Assembly (NCBI GenBank): GCA_002269645.1
Contig: NIVC01002734.1
Location: 1 to 64,000, forward strand
From: Macrostomum lignano
Lineage: Eukaryota
Direction: 5' to 3'
Length of the DNA: 64,000 bases
The notes below the pieces were generated by a model, which saw only the letters and a program-made list of their open reading frames with translations, was not told where the DNA came from and did not search any database. Made by a program: the position numbers and the translations under genes. Below are positions 9,801 to 21,803 of the stretch, in pieces; the first letter of the stretch is position 1, and each line of letters starts with the position of its first letter.

Positions 9801-12687
9801 AGGTGAGATGAGAGTCAAGTAGGGAACTGAGATTAGATTGAGGTGAGATGAGAGTCAGGTAGGGAACTGAGATTAGATTGAGGTGAGATGAGAGTCGGGT
9901 AGGGAACTGAGAGTAGATTTGAGTGAGATTCGATGAGATGAGAGTCAGGTAGGGAACTGAGAATATTTGAAACACAGACTGGCTAAGAGCCTGTATAAAC
10001 ACAATTATTATAATTCGCAGGTATAGTTTACCAACTATTTTTTATCTTTGCCTTATCAGTATTCAAATCTAATTTGGTGAGCAATACATTATAATTAAAG
10101 CCAATGAAAACAAGTAAAGCTTATCTGTCTCTCTGTGTCTTTTACCGCGTGATATTGTGTTGAAATCAAATAGATATTTTTAGTCTGTTTGAAACTGGTG
10201 TGAGTGTGTGTACATTTAAAGGTCGGAAAATTAAACCTAATTTTAGTATTTTCTAAAGTACACATTGTACTCTTTACAATGTTCTTTGTTTTGCACTAAT
10301 ATATTTCTTCTAATTTCTTTTTAAAAAACAGGCCTAAGCTTATCCTTGAACCCCGGCGACTCCCTGCTAATCACCGGTCCCAGCGGTTGCGGTAAAACGG
10401 CCCTTTTGCGAACCGTTTCCGGTCTATGGCGCCCGGCAACCGGAAGCTATTCAGAAGAGCGCCAAATTCTGATGGCTGTCAAAGGCGCCGCTGGCCGATC
10501 GAACGAGCCGCTGCAGGTTCTGTTCGCGCCGCAGAGGCCGTACTTTACCGCTGGCGGCACCCTGCTGCAACAGGTGCCTGCTGCTTTTTTCGTTATTTAA
10601 CCAAGTCATTGAATCGCCCCAGTAACCAGCCCTAGAATCGCCCCAGTAACCAGCCCTAGAATCGCCCCAGTAACCAGCCCTAGAATCGCTCGAGTAACCA
10701 GCCCTAGAATCGCCCCAGTAACCAGCCCTAGAATCGCCCCAGTAACCAGCCCTAGAATCGCCCCAATAACCAGCCCTAGAATCGCCCCAGTAACCAGCCC
10801 TAGAATCGCCCCAGTAACCAGCTCTAGAATCGCCCCAGTAACCAGCCCTAGAATCGCCCCAGTAACCAGCCCTAGAATCGCCCCAGTAACCAGCCTTAGA
10901 ATCGCCCCAGTAACCAGCCCTAGAATCGCCCCAGTAACCAGCTCTAGAATCGCCCCAGTAACCAGCCCTAGAATCGCCCCAGTAACCAGCCCTAGAATCG
11001 CCCCAGTAACCAGCCCTAGAATCGCCCCAGTAACCAGCCCTAGAATCGCCCCAGTAACCAGCCCTAGAATCGCCCCAGTAACCAGCCTTAGAATCGCCCC
11101 AGTAACCAGCCCTAGAATCGCCCCAGTAACCAGCCCTAGAATCGCCCCAGTAACCAGCCCTAGAATCGCACCTGTAACCAGCCCTAGAATCGCCCCAGTA
11201 ACCAGCCCTAGAATCGCTTCAGTAACCAGCCCCAGTAATCAGCCTTAGTAACCAGCCCTAGTAACCAGCCCCAGTAATCAGCCCTAGTAACCAGCCCTAG
11301 TAACCAGCCCTAGTAACTAGCCCTAGTAACCAGCCCTAGAATCGCCCCCGTAACCAGCTCTAGAATCGCCCCAGTAACCAGCCCTAGAATCGCCCCAGTA
11401 ACCAGCTCTAGAATCGCCCCAGTAACCAGCCCTAGAATCGCCCCAGTAACCAGCCCTAGAATCGCCCCAGTAACCAGCCCTAGAATCGCCCCAGTAACCA
11501 GCCCTAGAATCGCCCCAGTAACCAGCCCTAGAATCGCCCCAGTAACCAGCCTTAGAATCGCCCCAGTAACCAGCCCTAGAATCGCCCCAGTAACCAGCCC
11601 TAGAATCGCCCCAGTAACCAGCCCTAGAATCGCACCTGTAACCAGCCCTAGAATCGCCCCAGTAACCAGCCCTAGAATCGCTTCAGTAACCAGCCCCAGT
11701 AATCAGCCTTAGTAACCAGCCCTAGTAACCAGCCCCAGTAATCAGCCCTAGTAACCAGCCCTAGTAACCAGCCCTAGTAACTAGCCCTAGTAACCAGCCC
11801 TAGAATCGCCCCCGTAACCAGCTCTAGAATCGCCCCAGTAACCAGCTCTAGAATCGCCCCAGTAACCAGCCCTAGTAACCAGCCCTAGTAACCAGCCCCA
11901 GTAATCAGCCCTAGTAACCAGCCCCAGTAACCAGCCGTAGTAACCAGCCCTAGTAACCAGCCCTAGTAACCAGCCCTAGTAACTAGCCCTAGTAACCAGC
12001 CCTTGTAACCAGCCCTAGTAACCAGCCCTAGTAACCAGCCCCAGTAATCAGCCCCAGTAACCAGCCCTAGTAACCAGCCCTAGTAACCAGCCCTAGTAAC
12101 CAGCCCTAGTAACCAGCCCCAGTGATCAGCCGTAGTAACCAGCCCTAGTAACCAGCCCCAGTAGCCAGCCTTAGTAACCAGCCCTAGTAACCAGCCCCAG
12201 TAGCCAGCCTTAGTAACCAGCCCTAGTAACCAGCTCTAATAACCGCACCGCATTGCAGGTGGTGTTTCCCCGCCGTCTCACTGCTCAGCTGCGGGCCAGC
12301 TTAGATTTCTCCTGGCTGGAGTCGCGCTTGGCGTTGCTGCACCTATCGGAGCTGCTGGATCGCGGTGGTGGCTGTTCAAGCAGCGGCTGGGACTCGTTGA
12401 TGGATTGGTCAGTCAGTCTGAGTCCCGGTGAGCAGCAGCGGTTAGTGACGCTTCGGTGTTTGTTTCACAGGCCGCGTCTACTGCTGCTTGACGAAGCCAC
12501 CAGCGCTCTGGACTCGGATCTGGAAGCTGTTGTCTACGAATTGTTGCTGAAAGATTTGCCAGAGCTCTGCCTGGTTAGCGTTGGTCATCGATCCAGTCTG
12601 CGGCGGTATCATCAAAGAGAGTTGGCTCTCACTGTTGATCCTGAGGTTTATCATATTAAAGACATTGATCAGCAGTCCTACATGTGA
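6431..12687 (+). CDS. ABCD4: ABCD4-type ABC half-transporter (cobalamin-export family), 8 exons
   Basis: Exons 6431-6549, 7160-7278, 7568-7695, 7790-7926, 8231-8489, 9124-9682, 10332-10573, 12259-12687, all GT-AG with matching phases. Motifs: [33 protein letters not shown] (EAA region), Walker A GPSGCGKT, signature LSPGEQQR, Walker [14 protein letters not shown]-loop SVGHR. Colinear with ABCD4 as I recall it; exon 1 and the start codon are least certain. Confidence 0.92.
6650..7050. repeat. Degenerate (CAGA)n microsatellite, ABCD4 intron 1
   Basis: Long GACA runs with a duplicated interruption block (CCACGCCCACAGACAAACACTGAG at ~6731 and ~6869). Confidence 0.95.
7965..8190. repeat. Degenerate (TCTG)n microsatellite, ABCD4 intron 4
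   Basis: TCTG/CCTG runs; reverse complement of the intron 1 array. Confidence 0.95.
8560..9085. repeat. 32-bp tandem repeat, ABCD4 intron 5
   Basis: Unit TAGTACATTCATTAGGCCTCATATTAGGCTAT. Confidence 0.9.
9682..9965. repeat. 40-bp tandem repeat starting at the ABCD4 intron 6 donor
   Basis: Unit GGTGAGATGAGAGTCAGGTAGGGAACTGAGAATAGATTGA, about 7 copies; the first copy is the real donor (AAAG|GTGAGA). Confidence 0.92.
10605..12240. repeat. Compound 24-bp/13-bp minisatellite filling ABCD4 intron 7
   Basis: GAATCGCCCCAGTAACCAGCCCTA units alternate with blocks of the 13-bp subunit AGTAACCAGCCCT. Confidence 0.95.
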
Positions 12688-14142
12688 AAGCCAACGTTAT
12701 ATTTGGGACGATTAGAAAGTTTCTTTCTGACTTTTAAAAGCTTGTTAAAAGTCAAATTTTCAATTGCTCAATAACTAGTTTTGCACCTTAGGCAATTCAA
12801 TGTAGTAGTCTTAATAATTACAAAAAAAGTTTTCATTATCCTGTATATTTTTGTAATGTAATTTATAGTAGGGTACACAACTGATTGCTTTGAATCTCTA
12901 ATAATTTGTTTTCTTTTCATTTGTTAATTATGCAATAATTTTCTAGCTAGTTTATTGATTAATTTACCTGATTTCTTATTAATAATTCTTAGCATTGTTT
13001 TTCATACTCATTCCGTTAAAGTTTTTACGGCGAAGTGATTTCATTTTAGCTACTATTTCTACTTTTGCGAGTAGTGCGTTGTGCATATTCAGTAGATAGC
13101 TTCGTTTTTTGACCTGATCAGTAGAAGGACCGGACCTTGTCTGAATATGAAATAGGAACTTTTCCATCACTTTGCCCGTGATCTCTGGTAGTCTGGCTCG
13201 AGTTGTCCCAGCGTTTTAATAGCCTGTTACTAACGTATTTTTACATATCTTGCCGTTGTTTGTGTCCTGAAGTTTTCTAGTTTTTTATTTGGTGTTCGTT
13301 TTTGAAACTATATTAACCGCGATTGTTAATTAGGAGCTTATATCTGATAGCGCCGACTAGTTTCTTAAAAAAATAGGCAAGGTACACATGCCCATAGCTT
13401 GTCAATGCACTTCTTAATTAAAGATCATTCTTTTGTTGAAATTTTAGCTCAAGTGAGTTTTAGTTTTTGTTTGGTTTTGTTCGCCGGTACATGTAAGTAC
13501 ATGTACGCACCGGGTTTTGCTAATAAACCAGACGATTTTGTTTGTAAGGAATTAGTCCAAGGTGCTCGTCACCGGAAACTGTTTGATTTGAGTTTGTTTG
13601 TCTTTTCTTTTAGCTGCGTGGTTTACTTCCACTGATTTCATCTGTCGTGTATTTTCAGCTCGAATTTAGGCACATTTTGTTGTATATTCACCAAGTGAGA
13701 GAGACGTCTTGTTCTCCTCAGTTACGGTTTGGAGTTCTAGCTGATGTATCTCTTTACTGTGTTGCAATTTTTTCACGGCATCGAAGGCATGAATGGAATC
13801 TTTGCAGACTCTGCAGCAGCTGTTGCATTCTGGCATAATATCTCTCCCTCTAGTTCTGCTACTCTCTTTTTGCAAGGGGGCGTCTCAATGTGCGGGACGA
13901 CAATGAAAAATGCAGTGCAGCCAACGCGAATAAGGTAAAATGAGTGGAGAGATAGATGGGCGGAGAGACTGGGTGTATAGTCGCTTTACAGCAGGACCCA
14001 CCCACGGTACCCACCCATCTTTTTTGGCGAAGTGGGTGTTTAGCAGTTAAAGCAGAACGAAACAAGGATTAATATAGCATCGCCAAACGAAAAAGGTAAT
14101 ATTCAAAATTAGAAGTTGCTTCACATTCAAAGCGTCACAGCA

Positions 14143-17086
14143 ATGCGACGTGAACCTCTGCTGCTGCTGCTACTGCAGCTTCTGTCTGTACTCAACCAGC
14201 CAGCTGACGCTCAGGTGTGCCCTAGTGGCCGCGCTATTTCTAATCGACGCTTCGGGTTCACGAAATCGGCTGGTCAAGGCGTCAACGAGAGCTACGTTTA
14301 TTTGGTGTTTGTCCAGGATGTCACTAGCAATTCGGGTCCGTTGGAATGCAGCGGGACTGCCAGCTTGTCGGCGATGCAACGATTGGAAGCCGGTCTGTGG
14401 GCCGCGTCCACCTTCCGCAGCCGGTACCCGGGGGTGCTGTCGGGCGTGACCGTCGGATCCTTGGTGCTTGACGCGTGCCAGTCGGCTCTGATGCCGGCGC
14501 AACTGCTGGGCAACTTGCAGTCCTGCGAGACGGTTTTCGGCAGCGATACTAGCACTCTAGTCGAGCCTCGCAACGTAGCCGCCTTTGTCGGTGTGGAATC
14601 AATGGACGAAGCTGTGAACGCGTTCTCGGTGACCACCTCGTTCAGCAGGCCAGCTGTGACCTACAGTCTGGCCTCCAGTTCGCTTCGACGATCTGCCTAC
14701 CCTCTCGTAGCTCGAGTGACTCCCAGTGACCTGACTGAGCTCGATGCTCTGGTTCAGACACTGCTTCGTCTTGGTGTTCAACACGTCCAGGTGGTACACA
14801 GCGACGCCTCTGTGCAGGCTGGACGCTTTGTCACTCTGGCCGACTCGGCCCAGACTCGCCTCGCTTCGGCTGGAATCTGCGTAGTTAACCGGGTCCCTTT
14901 CTCCAGCACCGCCGCCTCATCCGTTAACGCTTTCTGGCGCATTCGACCTGTCCTGCTGCTCGTGACACGCTCCGATTTGATGTCATTTGCTTCCCAGATG
15001 CTGGCACTAAGACCTAGCAGCGGGACATTCACTTGGCTGCTGCTGGCTGAGCATTGGGACTCTGTCGGGTCGATAGTGGCTGGCAAAGAGAACTTTTTCT
15101 CTGGCGCTCTGGCAGTTGAAGTGTCAACCACGGCGAACTACTCGGACTATCTCGCCTACTTCCGAGGGTTGCGACCGGACATGGCCGAATACCCGAAGAA
15201 GAATCCTTGGCTAGCAGATTTCTGGTCGGCTCATTTTGCTTGCAACTTACCGGGTAGCGCGAGTAGTACTTATCCGACCATTTGCAACTATGCCAGCAAT
15301 AATCTGCAGTCCATAGCCAGCGTGAAAGCGTCGGTTTATCGGGTAATCCAAAGCGTCGATCTGAGTCTGCACGCTCTCGAACTAATCCGGCGTGACCTCT
15401 GCTTGTCCGGTGACGTCAGTTTGTGCTCGGCTTTCCGTTCCAACGCCAATCGCTACCGGCTCAGCTACGACAAGCTGTTTCAAGCGGCCAGTCTCGGCTA
15501 CACGGATGTGGCGCTTGACCCGACCACAGGCGCTGCTAGCAAGTACAGCCTGTTCGTCAACAACTATCAGAAAGGATATCCAGGCCATGCTTGGACTCGG
15601 GTTGCGGCCTACGCATCCGGTAGCTTCAGTTTAACTGCTCAACCACAGGCCTATGGAACTGATGAACGAAACGTCACATGGGCGCCGAGTGGACTCTGCG
15701 ATTCGCCCTGTCTTGCAAGGTGTCCTAGCAATGACACGTCTACAATCAGCCCGCCGACCACTGTTGGCAGCACGACTGTCGGCGGATCTGCGGCCACCAC
15801 GAATTCGAGTTTGCTGTTGCAGACTCGCTACCGCATGCAGTACTGGGTGTACGCCCTGATTGTGTGCGCCAGTGTTGGCATAATCGTCACTCTCCTATTT
15901 ATGATCTACATCCTGTTCAAGGTGCTCTCCCTGCCTTCCGAGCTTAAGAGCTTCAACACTCTCTGGTCGGGTCAGTTTCTTCTATTCTTCATTCTTGTCG
16001 GCTACGTTTTCCTGTTCGCCTGGGTGCCCTGGCCGTCCGTGGAGTCCTGCGGCACCATCCGGTTTATGCTCGGATTCGCTTACGCTGCCGTGTTCTCCAT
16101 TCTAATGGTGAAGCTGCTCAATTTGATGAACGACCAGCTCAAACCAGTCTACCAGCTGTTGATGTTCGCACTGGCCCTGTGCATCCAGATTGCTATCAAT
16201 GTCGAGTGGCTGATCCTGGTGCCGATCACTACCCCCGTTGTTGATGGCATGCACCGCTGCGGTCACACCTTTGAGCAGCACCTGCAGTCGTTAGTTTACT
16301 GCATGGCTCTAATACTGCTTTGCACCTGTCTGGCAATTCGAGCTCACAGTATCGGGCGCAACAATCGCGAGTCAATTTTTGTTGGTTGCACGGCTGGTAT
16401 TAGCATTCCGATTTGGATTGCCTGGTGCTTGGTCGGATCGCTAAACGATGTAAGTTTTTATAGGATTTTTATAGGACAATCTATAGCCAGTGTAGTGTAA
16501 CAATATCCCCCCGCGTTCGCTTCGCCAGGACATCGAAGTTAAAGACGCCAGTCAAGCCTTTGGTCTGTTTGTCAACCTGACGCTGGTCCTTTTGGTTGTC
16601 TTCCTGCCGAAGATTCATCAACTTCGCCGACTGGAGGATGCCAAAGAGGCGCCGGACGATGTTGCGGTCGACGTTATAGACGACATGTACGACCTGGAGG
16701 ATGCATACGCCAAGGAGCCGATCTACATGCTGACTCAGGGTGCGCCTAGCGTAGTCAGCGAGACGGCTGGCTTGGGCCAAGTCTACCAGCTCGCCTCCCC
16801 GGATGGCTTGGCCTTGCCCTCGCCTGCTGGCTACGCTAGGGCCAGGTCACTGCAAGGTGATCCCATCGTACTGCCCTTGTCGCCCGGGATCAACGGCAGC
16901 GGAGGCGGCCCCCGTTCGGTGATCCTGGGCACGCGGACTCCGCGAAAGGCGTATTCGGACTACAATCCGTCTGGCGCCAGTCCGCGCGCCCCGCTAGACA
17001 GAACTGACGGGGGCGCGGCGGCGGCGGCCGGCGTCAACTCCAAGGGAACGAAAACTGAACGGCTGGCCAAGCTGGGCTTCCTCTGA
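14143..17086 (+). CDS. Orphan class C GPCR (signal peptide, Venus-flytrap domain, 7TM), 2 exons
   Basis: Exons 14143-16449 and 16529-17086 (79-nt GTAAGT..CAG intron, phase 0). Signal peptide MRREPLLLLLLQLLSVL; mGluR-like VFT motifs MQRLEAGLWA, GVTVGSLVLDAC, KNPWLADFWSAHFAC; seven hydrophobic helices including NNRESIFVGCT...IWIAW and LVVFLPK. Confidence 0.88.
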
Positions 17087-18289
17087 GCACTTAAATCTTT
17101 ATTTGGGAGTTGGTAATGTTTTAAAACTCTGTTGCACTTGCCTGAACTCTGAAACTTGTAGTACATTTCTGGACAGCACTCTCAGTAAGCTAAAATAGAC
17201 AAATTTACTTCATTTAAATTTAACTCGTTTAATGGTACTCAGTGTAAGACCGATCGTGCGCGAAGTTGTTAAAAGTGAGTTCTTACATAAAAAAATTATT
17301 TTTGTATTGAGTTTTAACTCAAGTTTTATTCCCACACGTTATGTTTTAACTTTTAACTTGAATGTCTGTGCTGTGCTTGTCTCCCCCCCCCGCTAGGTAT
17401 TTTTACCAGTTTATAATAAATGTTTTCTTGTAATCTGTTTTAACAAATGTTCTACTGTCTCATTTCTTTTAATAATTACTCGTTAAATCCACTAGTACTA
17501 TGTTCGTTTAATCTTCCACATCAGTTATTAATAATGGAATCAATCCGTGTTGCCATCATTATATTTTATTATTTGCGTATGTTTAATAAAATCATCGTAT
17601 CCTTCTTATTAAGGTAAACTATTTTTCTGTTTTAATGTTTAATTACTCTTTTGCAATTTGATTACCACTACTTATGAAAAAAAGAATTATTTTCATTGAG
17701 AAGTGAGATAAAAAGCCGCGATTTTAATGTAAGCATAATTTGGAAGTTTTCGGATTATTATATAACTTTTTTTTAATTTTTGTTAGTATAAAAGTATAGC
17801 ACACTGTTCTACAATTCAATCTTTTAATTTAAGAAGGCATGCAGAATCACAGTGTGTGTTGCGCTAATTTCTTTGTTATTTCCTTATCAAATTTAATTTT
17901 GTTATCTTTATCAATAATTTATGAATGTAGTATACAATAGAATTAGCAACAACAAATAAACTTGCTAAACCGTGTCAAAATAAGTCTTTTTTCGTCGATA
18001 TAGCTAGTATATAAAGCTAGACTATAACTGTCTGTTTGATTGAAGAGATGGAATTGAGACGCATATGTTGCGTGTAAGAATACATTGAAGAAGGGAAAGA
18101 GATAATTTGAGATAATGGAGAGATAGCAAAATGAAAGAGGTAAAGGGGTTGAGAAAGAAAGAGACTGCAGGATATGAGGTTAAATAGGGTTGTTTGAAAA
18201 GTTCGCGGCTTAATGCAGAAAGGAGATCAGCAGATAAAAATTAACGTTTTATTTCTGAACATAGTCCCCCATCAAGTCGATGCTATACA

Positions 18290-18800
18290 CCTGAAGGATA
18301 TTCCAGCGATTCTCAAATGACCTGGCTATCGTTTGAGTAGAACTCTTTTATCGGAGTGCTCAACAAACTATTCTGCTATATATGATGACGTCATCATACC
18401 ACAAGAAGCTGTTGAAGCAGATAAAAGTCTGGCGGTACGAGGTCCATTCGTGAATGGCCACCGATTTTTGCGGTGTTGCCTTGTCCTGCAGCAGCAGCAC
18501 GGCGCCTCTGCTGAGAGCTTCCCTCGACACGTTCTCATATGGCATTAACTCTTAGCTGTTGCAGCAGGTCTAATTAGTAGTACGCCCTCGTGATGGCATG
18601 GTCCTTTGCCAGGTAGCCACAGGCACAACATCATCAGCATCGCAGAAGACTACGACCATCACCTTTCCTGCTGACGGGGCCAGCCTTCGCTTCCTGCACT
18701 GCTTAAACTGCATGCTGCTTGTTGGACTCTGGCTGGAAATAGTGGACTTAGGTTTCGTCCACCGTCACCAAACGCTGCAGAAATCGATTGGGATCAGCCT
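18290..18800 (+). mobile_element. Highly decayed LINE (RTE-like) 3' remnant
   Basis: Broken frames give *VELFYRSAQQTILLYMM...KKLLKQI, LLRASLD and NIISIAEDY...RGQ, resembling the same post-RT region as the element at 1-525. Weak, judged by eye. Confidence 0.4.
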
Positions 18801-19689
18801 TAAAAAACTGAAAAAGATTCTGCTCAGCTGCTATCCGCGAGGATGCATGATGTTTTTGAATTTTGTGCTGAAAAAGGGAAAACATATTCCAAGGACTTCT
18901 AGACTAGCAGGACGTAAAACTCAAAGATCGTGTAAATTTTTAGGAGGACGATTTCCTGGAAAAAATACACTGCGGAGATAGGAGCAAATCATTTTTTCAT
19001 CACAAAATCAATGATTGCATTTGATCTAAGGCAGCTAAGATAACCATTCTTTTTATTTAGCACGCACAACATGTTACTCTATTATATTTTAATGTAGTTG
19101 TGTCTTGAAAGTTTCATCTTCATATTATTTTCTTTTTATTTCATAAGCCCCAAGTTGCAAAATACTCACAAGTGGCATTAGCCGAACTTTGTATTTTTCC
19201 TTTTTAAAATCAAGTATATTTGCAATAAAAATGCTGCATTACGGTACTATTAAGCCATTATTGTAGGTATAATTCCATTTCAATGTAGTAACTATACTAA
19301 TAGACCTGTCTATGTAGTTAAATATATAAGGACAATATTTACAATATGCCCCCACCATTTTCATTTTTCTTGTTTTACCTAGGCCTCAAGTCTTTAGAAA
19401 GCTATCAGTTTTTACCTGAAAGCCAGACAGAAAAAAATGGTTAGGGCCTAGGCCTAGTCACAAAAATGGGCACTAACCTTTTTTCTAGGTTTTTACACTT
19501 TTAATTAGGCTTAGATTTTTAATTTTTTATTGCAAATTTGAATACACTATACTATATAAACTAGGCCTAGCACCCAGCTGGTTTAGGTTTACCTTCCTTG
19601 AATTATATATTTTGTTGAATATAATACCTTTAAAATTGCAATTTTAGTTTGTAATGGTATATTTCATATCATATTTGAATCATAGGCCT

Positions 19690-19868
19690 CATACATGCGC
19701 AACCTTGGGAATCACTCGGCCATTTCTATTGGCAACACAGAACACACACATGTAAGTTGCTATTGGATGGAATAGTAGTCACGTGATTGCTCTCAGCCAA
19801 TAGCAACTTATATATGTGTGTTGCCAATAGAAATGGCCGGGTGAATCCCTAGGTTGCACCCAAGCATG
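19690..19868. mobile_element. Palindromic MITE, copy 1 (nested in the foldback)
   Basis: Starts CATACATGCGCAACC, ends GGTTGCACCCAAGCATG; long internal hairpin around a central CACGTG; 8-bp TSD ATAGGCCT at 19682-19689 and 19869-19876. Confidence 0.88.
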
Positions 19869-21633
19869 ATAGGCCTAATTATTAGATTATTATGATAGGT
19901 CTTTTATTATAAACTAAAAAATGGGTAATACAATACTGCATGCCCACATTTATCTTAACTTTAGCATTTATTTACTATTGAAACTAGGCCTAGGCCTTAT
20001 TGCACTCATAAAGCTTTGAAACTAGGAATATTTAGGCCTATTCATTTTACTACCTTATATCTATTTATAAAACTAAGCTGGCTCTAATAATTGACAATGA
20101 AAATCTAGTTTTTAGTATTAATTTAAAATTTGTTTATTAATTTAGTTATCTATATTCAGTTTTAATTTTATTTTTTATAGGTAAATATGATTTTTTAATT
20201 AGTATTATTTAATAACTTAGATTTTGGCTATTAGGGTCTAATCCAAATACTAAATAGTACTTAGATGTCTAATTGTTACATTTTTATTCAATAATCTTTA
20301 ATTTTACTATAAGTATTTTGTACCAATATATTATCCTATCATCTATCTTAATAGATAGATAGTTATCATGCCAATTAAATTTTTGGTAGTAACTTACACT
20401 AGCAACCATTTTAGACAAAAGGCTGCAAAATCTAATCTTGTTAGATTTCAAACAGATTTCCTTATGATATAAATTATGTCTAGCATTGTATTTGACATAC
20501 TTAATCCTTTGATCTTTCATGTGCCTATCTGACTTCAGTGGAAATTTTTGCAAAGCATCAACCTGCTAAAATGCCATTGCACAAGATGATATACTTTTGG
20601 ATACCAATTAAAGTGATCCACAAAGTGTCTTTCCTGACGCCACAAGGTCTTCATTACATTTGACTTTAGCAAGTGAGTAAATTTTCTAAATGTTGTTTTT
20701 TTTAATATATGGATAAGGGTTAGTAAAAAGCAAGGGTCAATGTGGTTGGGGCAAAAGATGATATATCCTTACCTTTTACATGGCTAGTTTCCCTAAATTT
20801 ATGATGGCATAGTTTGTAGCAAAATTTATGGTATAACCTTTTAGGAAAGTTCATTCCAATGAAAAGACAAAATTTCTCATTTTACCATTGCCCATACCTA
20901 CCAACATTTTAGTGTGGTGGATGGACTCCAGCACTAGGCCTATTGCTCATCATTGCAGCACTCAAGTCAAAGTTTTGCATTTTTGGGCTTCCAACATCAA
21001 CTAGAGCGATAGTCTCAATTGGAGGCCATGGAAAGCAATCTCAAGCATGCTGGTAGAGCCTGGTGCCAACCTTGGAAAGAATTTGGAGCCCACCTGATTG
21101 TTAATCATTTTTCATCTGGCAGCTGCAACTGAGCATTGGAAATGGAATTCACTATATCTATAACTGGCCAGCGGGAACTGCACACTGAGAAGCAATGCCC
21201 ATGTCCTTCACCCCACATAACATTGAGGTCTCACTTTAGTGGTCTTAGCGATGTAGGATGCGATCTTCATAGACATGCCATTGAACCTGATCTGCTATGC
21301 CACATCTCAAGAAAGCTGACTAATGTTTTAAGGGTATAGTGCGGCAAGACTGAGTCTGATAGATAGTCCAATTTCAGCCACTGTAGGCCGACTGTGCAAA
21401 ATTAATTGAAGCAAATAAGCTTCATGGTACTTGCTAATTTGCCAATTTTTTCTCTTTTTAAATACTGATATCTGCTTTTCTGTTTAGTTTAGCTACAAGT
21501 TGCGCAGCCATTGGAGCTAAGGCCGCCCACGCATTGCCTGGATGTAGTGCTCCTCACTAACCCCGTGCATAAAACTCCACATGGCCATGACAATCCAACT
21601 GCACTGTTAGTTCCACAAAAAAATTCTATGCCG

Positions 21634-21803
21634 CATACATGCGCAACCTGGGGAATCACTCGGCCGTTTCTATTGGCAACACACATGTAAGTCGCTATTG
21701 GCTGAGAATAGTCACGTGACTACTATTCCATCCAATAGCAACTTACATGTGTGTGTTGCCAATAGAAACGGCCGGGTGAATCCCTAGGTTGCGCCCAGGC
21801 ATG
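21634..21803. mobile_element. Palindromic MITE, copy 2 (nested in the foldback)
   Basis: Same family as 19690-19868; TSD CTATGCCG / CTATGCCT (7 of 8) at 21626-21633 and 21804-21811. Confidence 0.88.

Noticed and set aside
12700-14100. Short ORFs between ABCD4 and the GPCR
   Set aside because: 60-80 aa, no motifs, no consistent splice phases linking them to either gene.
18560-18800. HNH-nuclease-like C-terminal motif (PSLPALLKLHAACW)
   Set aside because: No upstream HNH core, several stops, and neighbouring frames fit a decayed LINE 3' region better.
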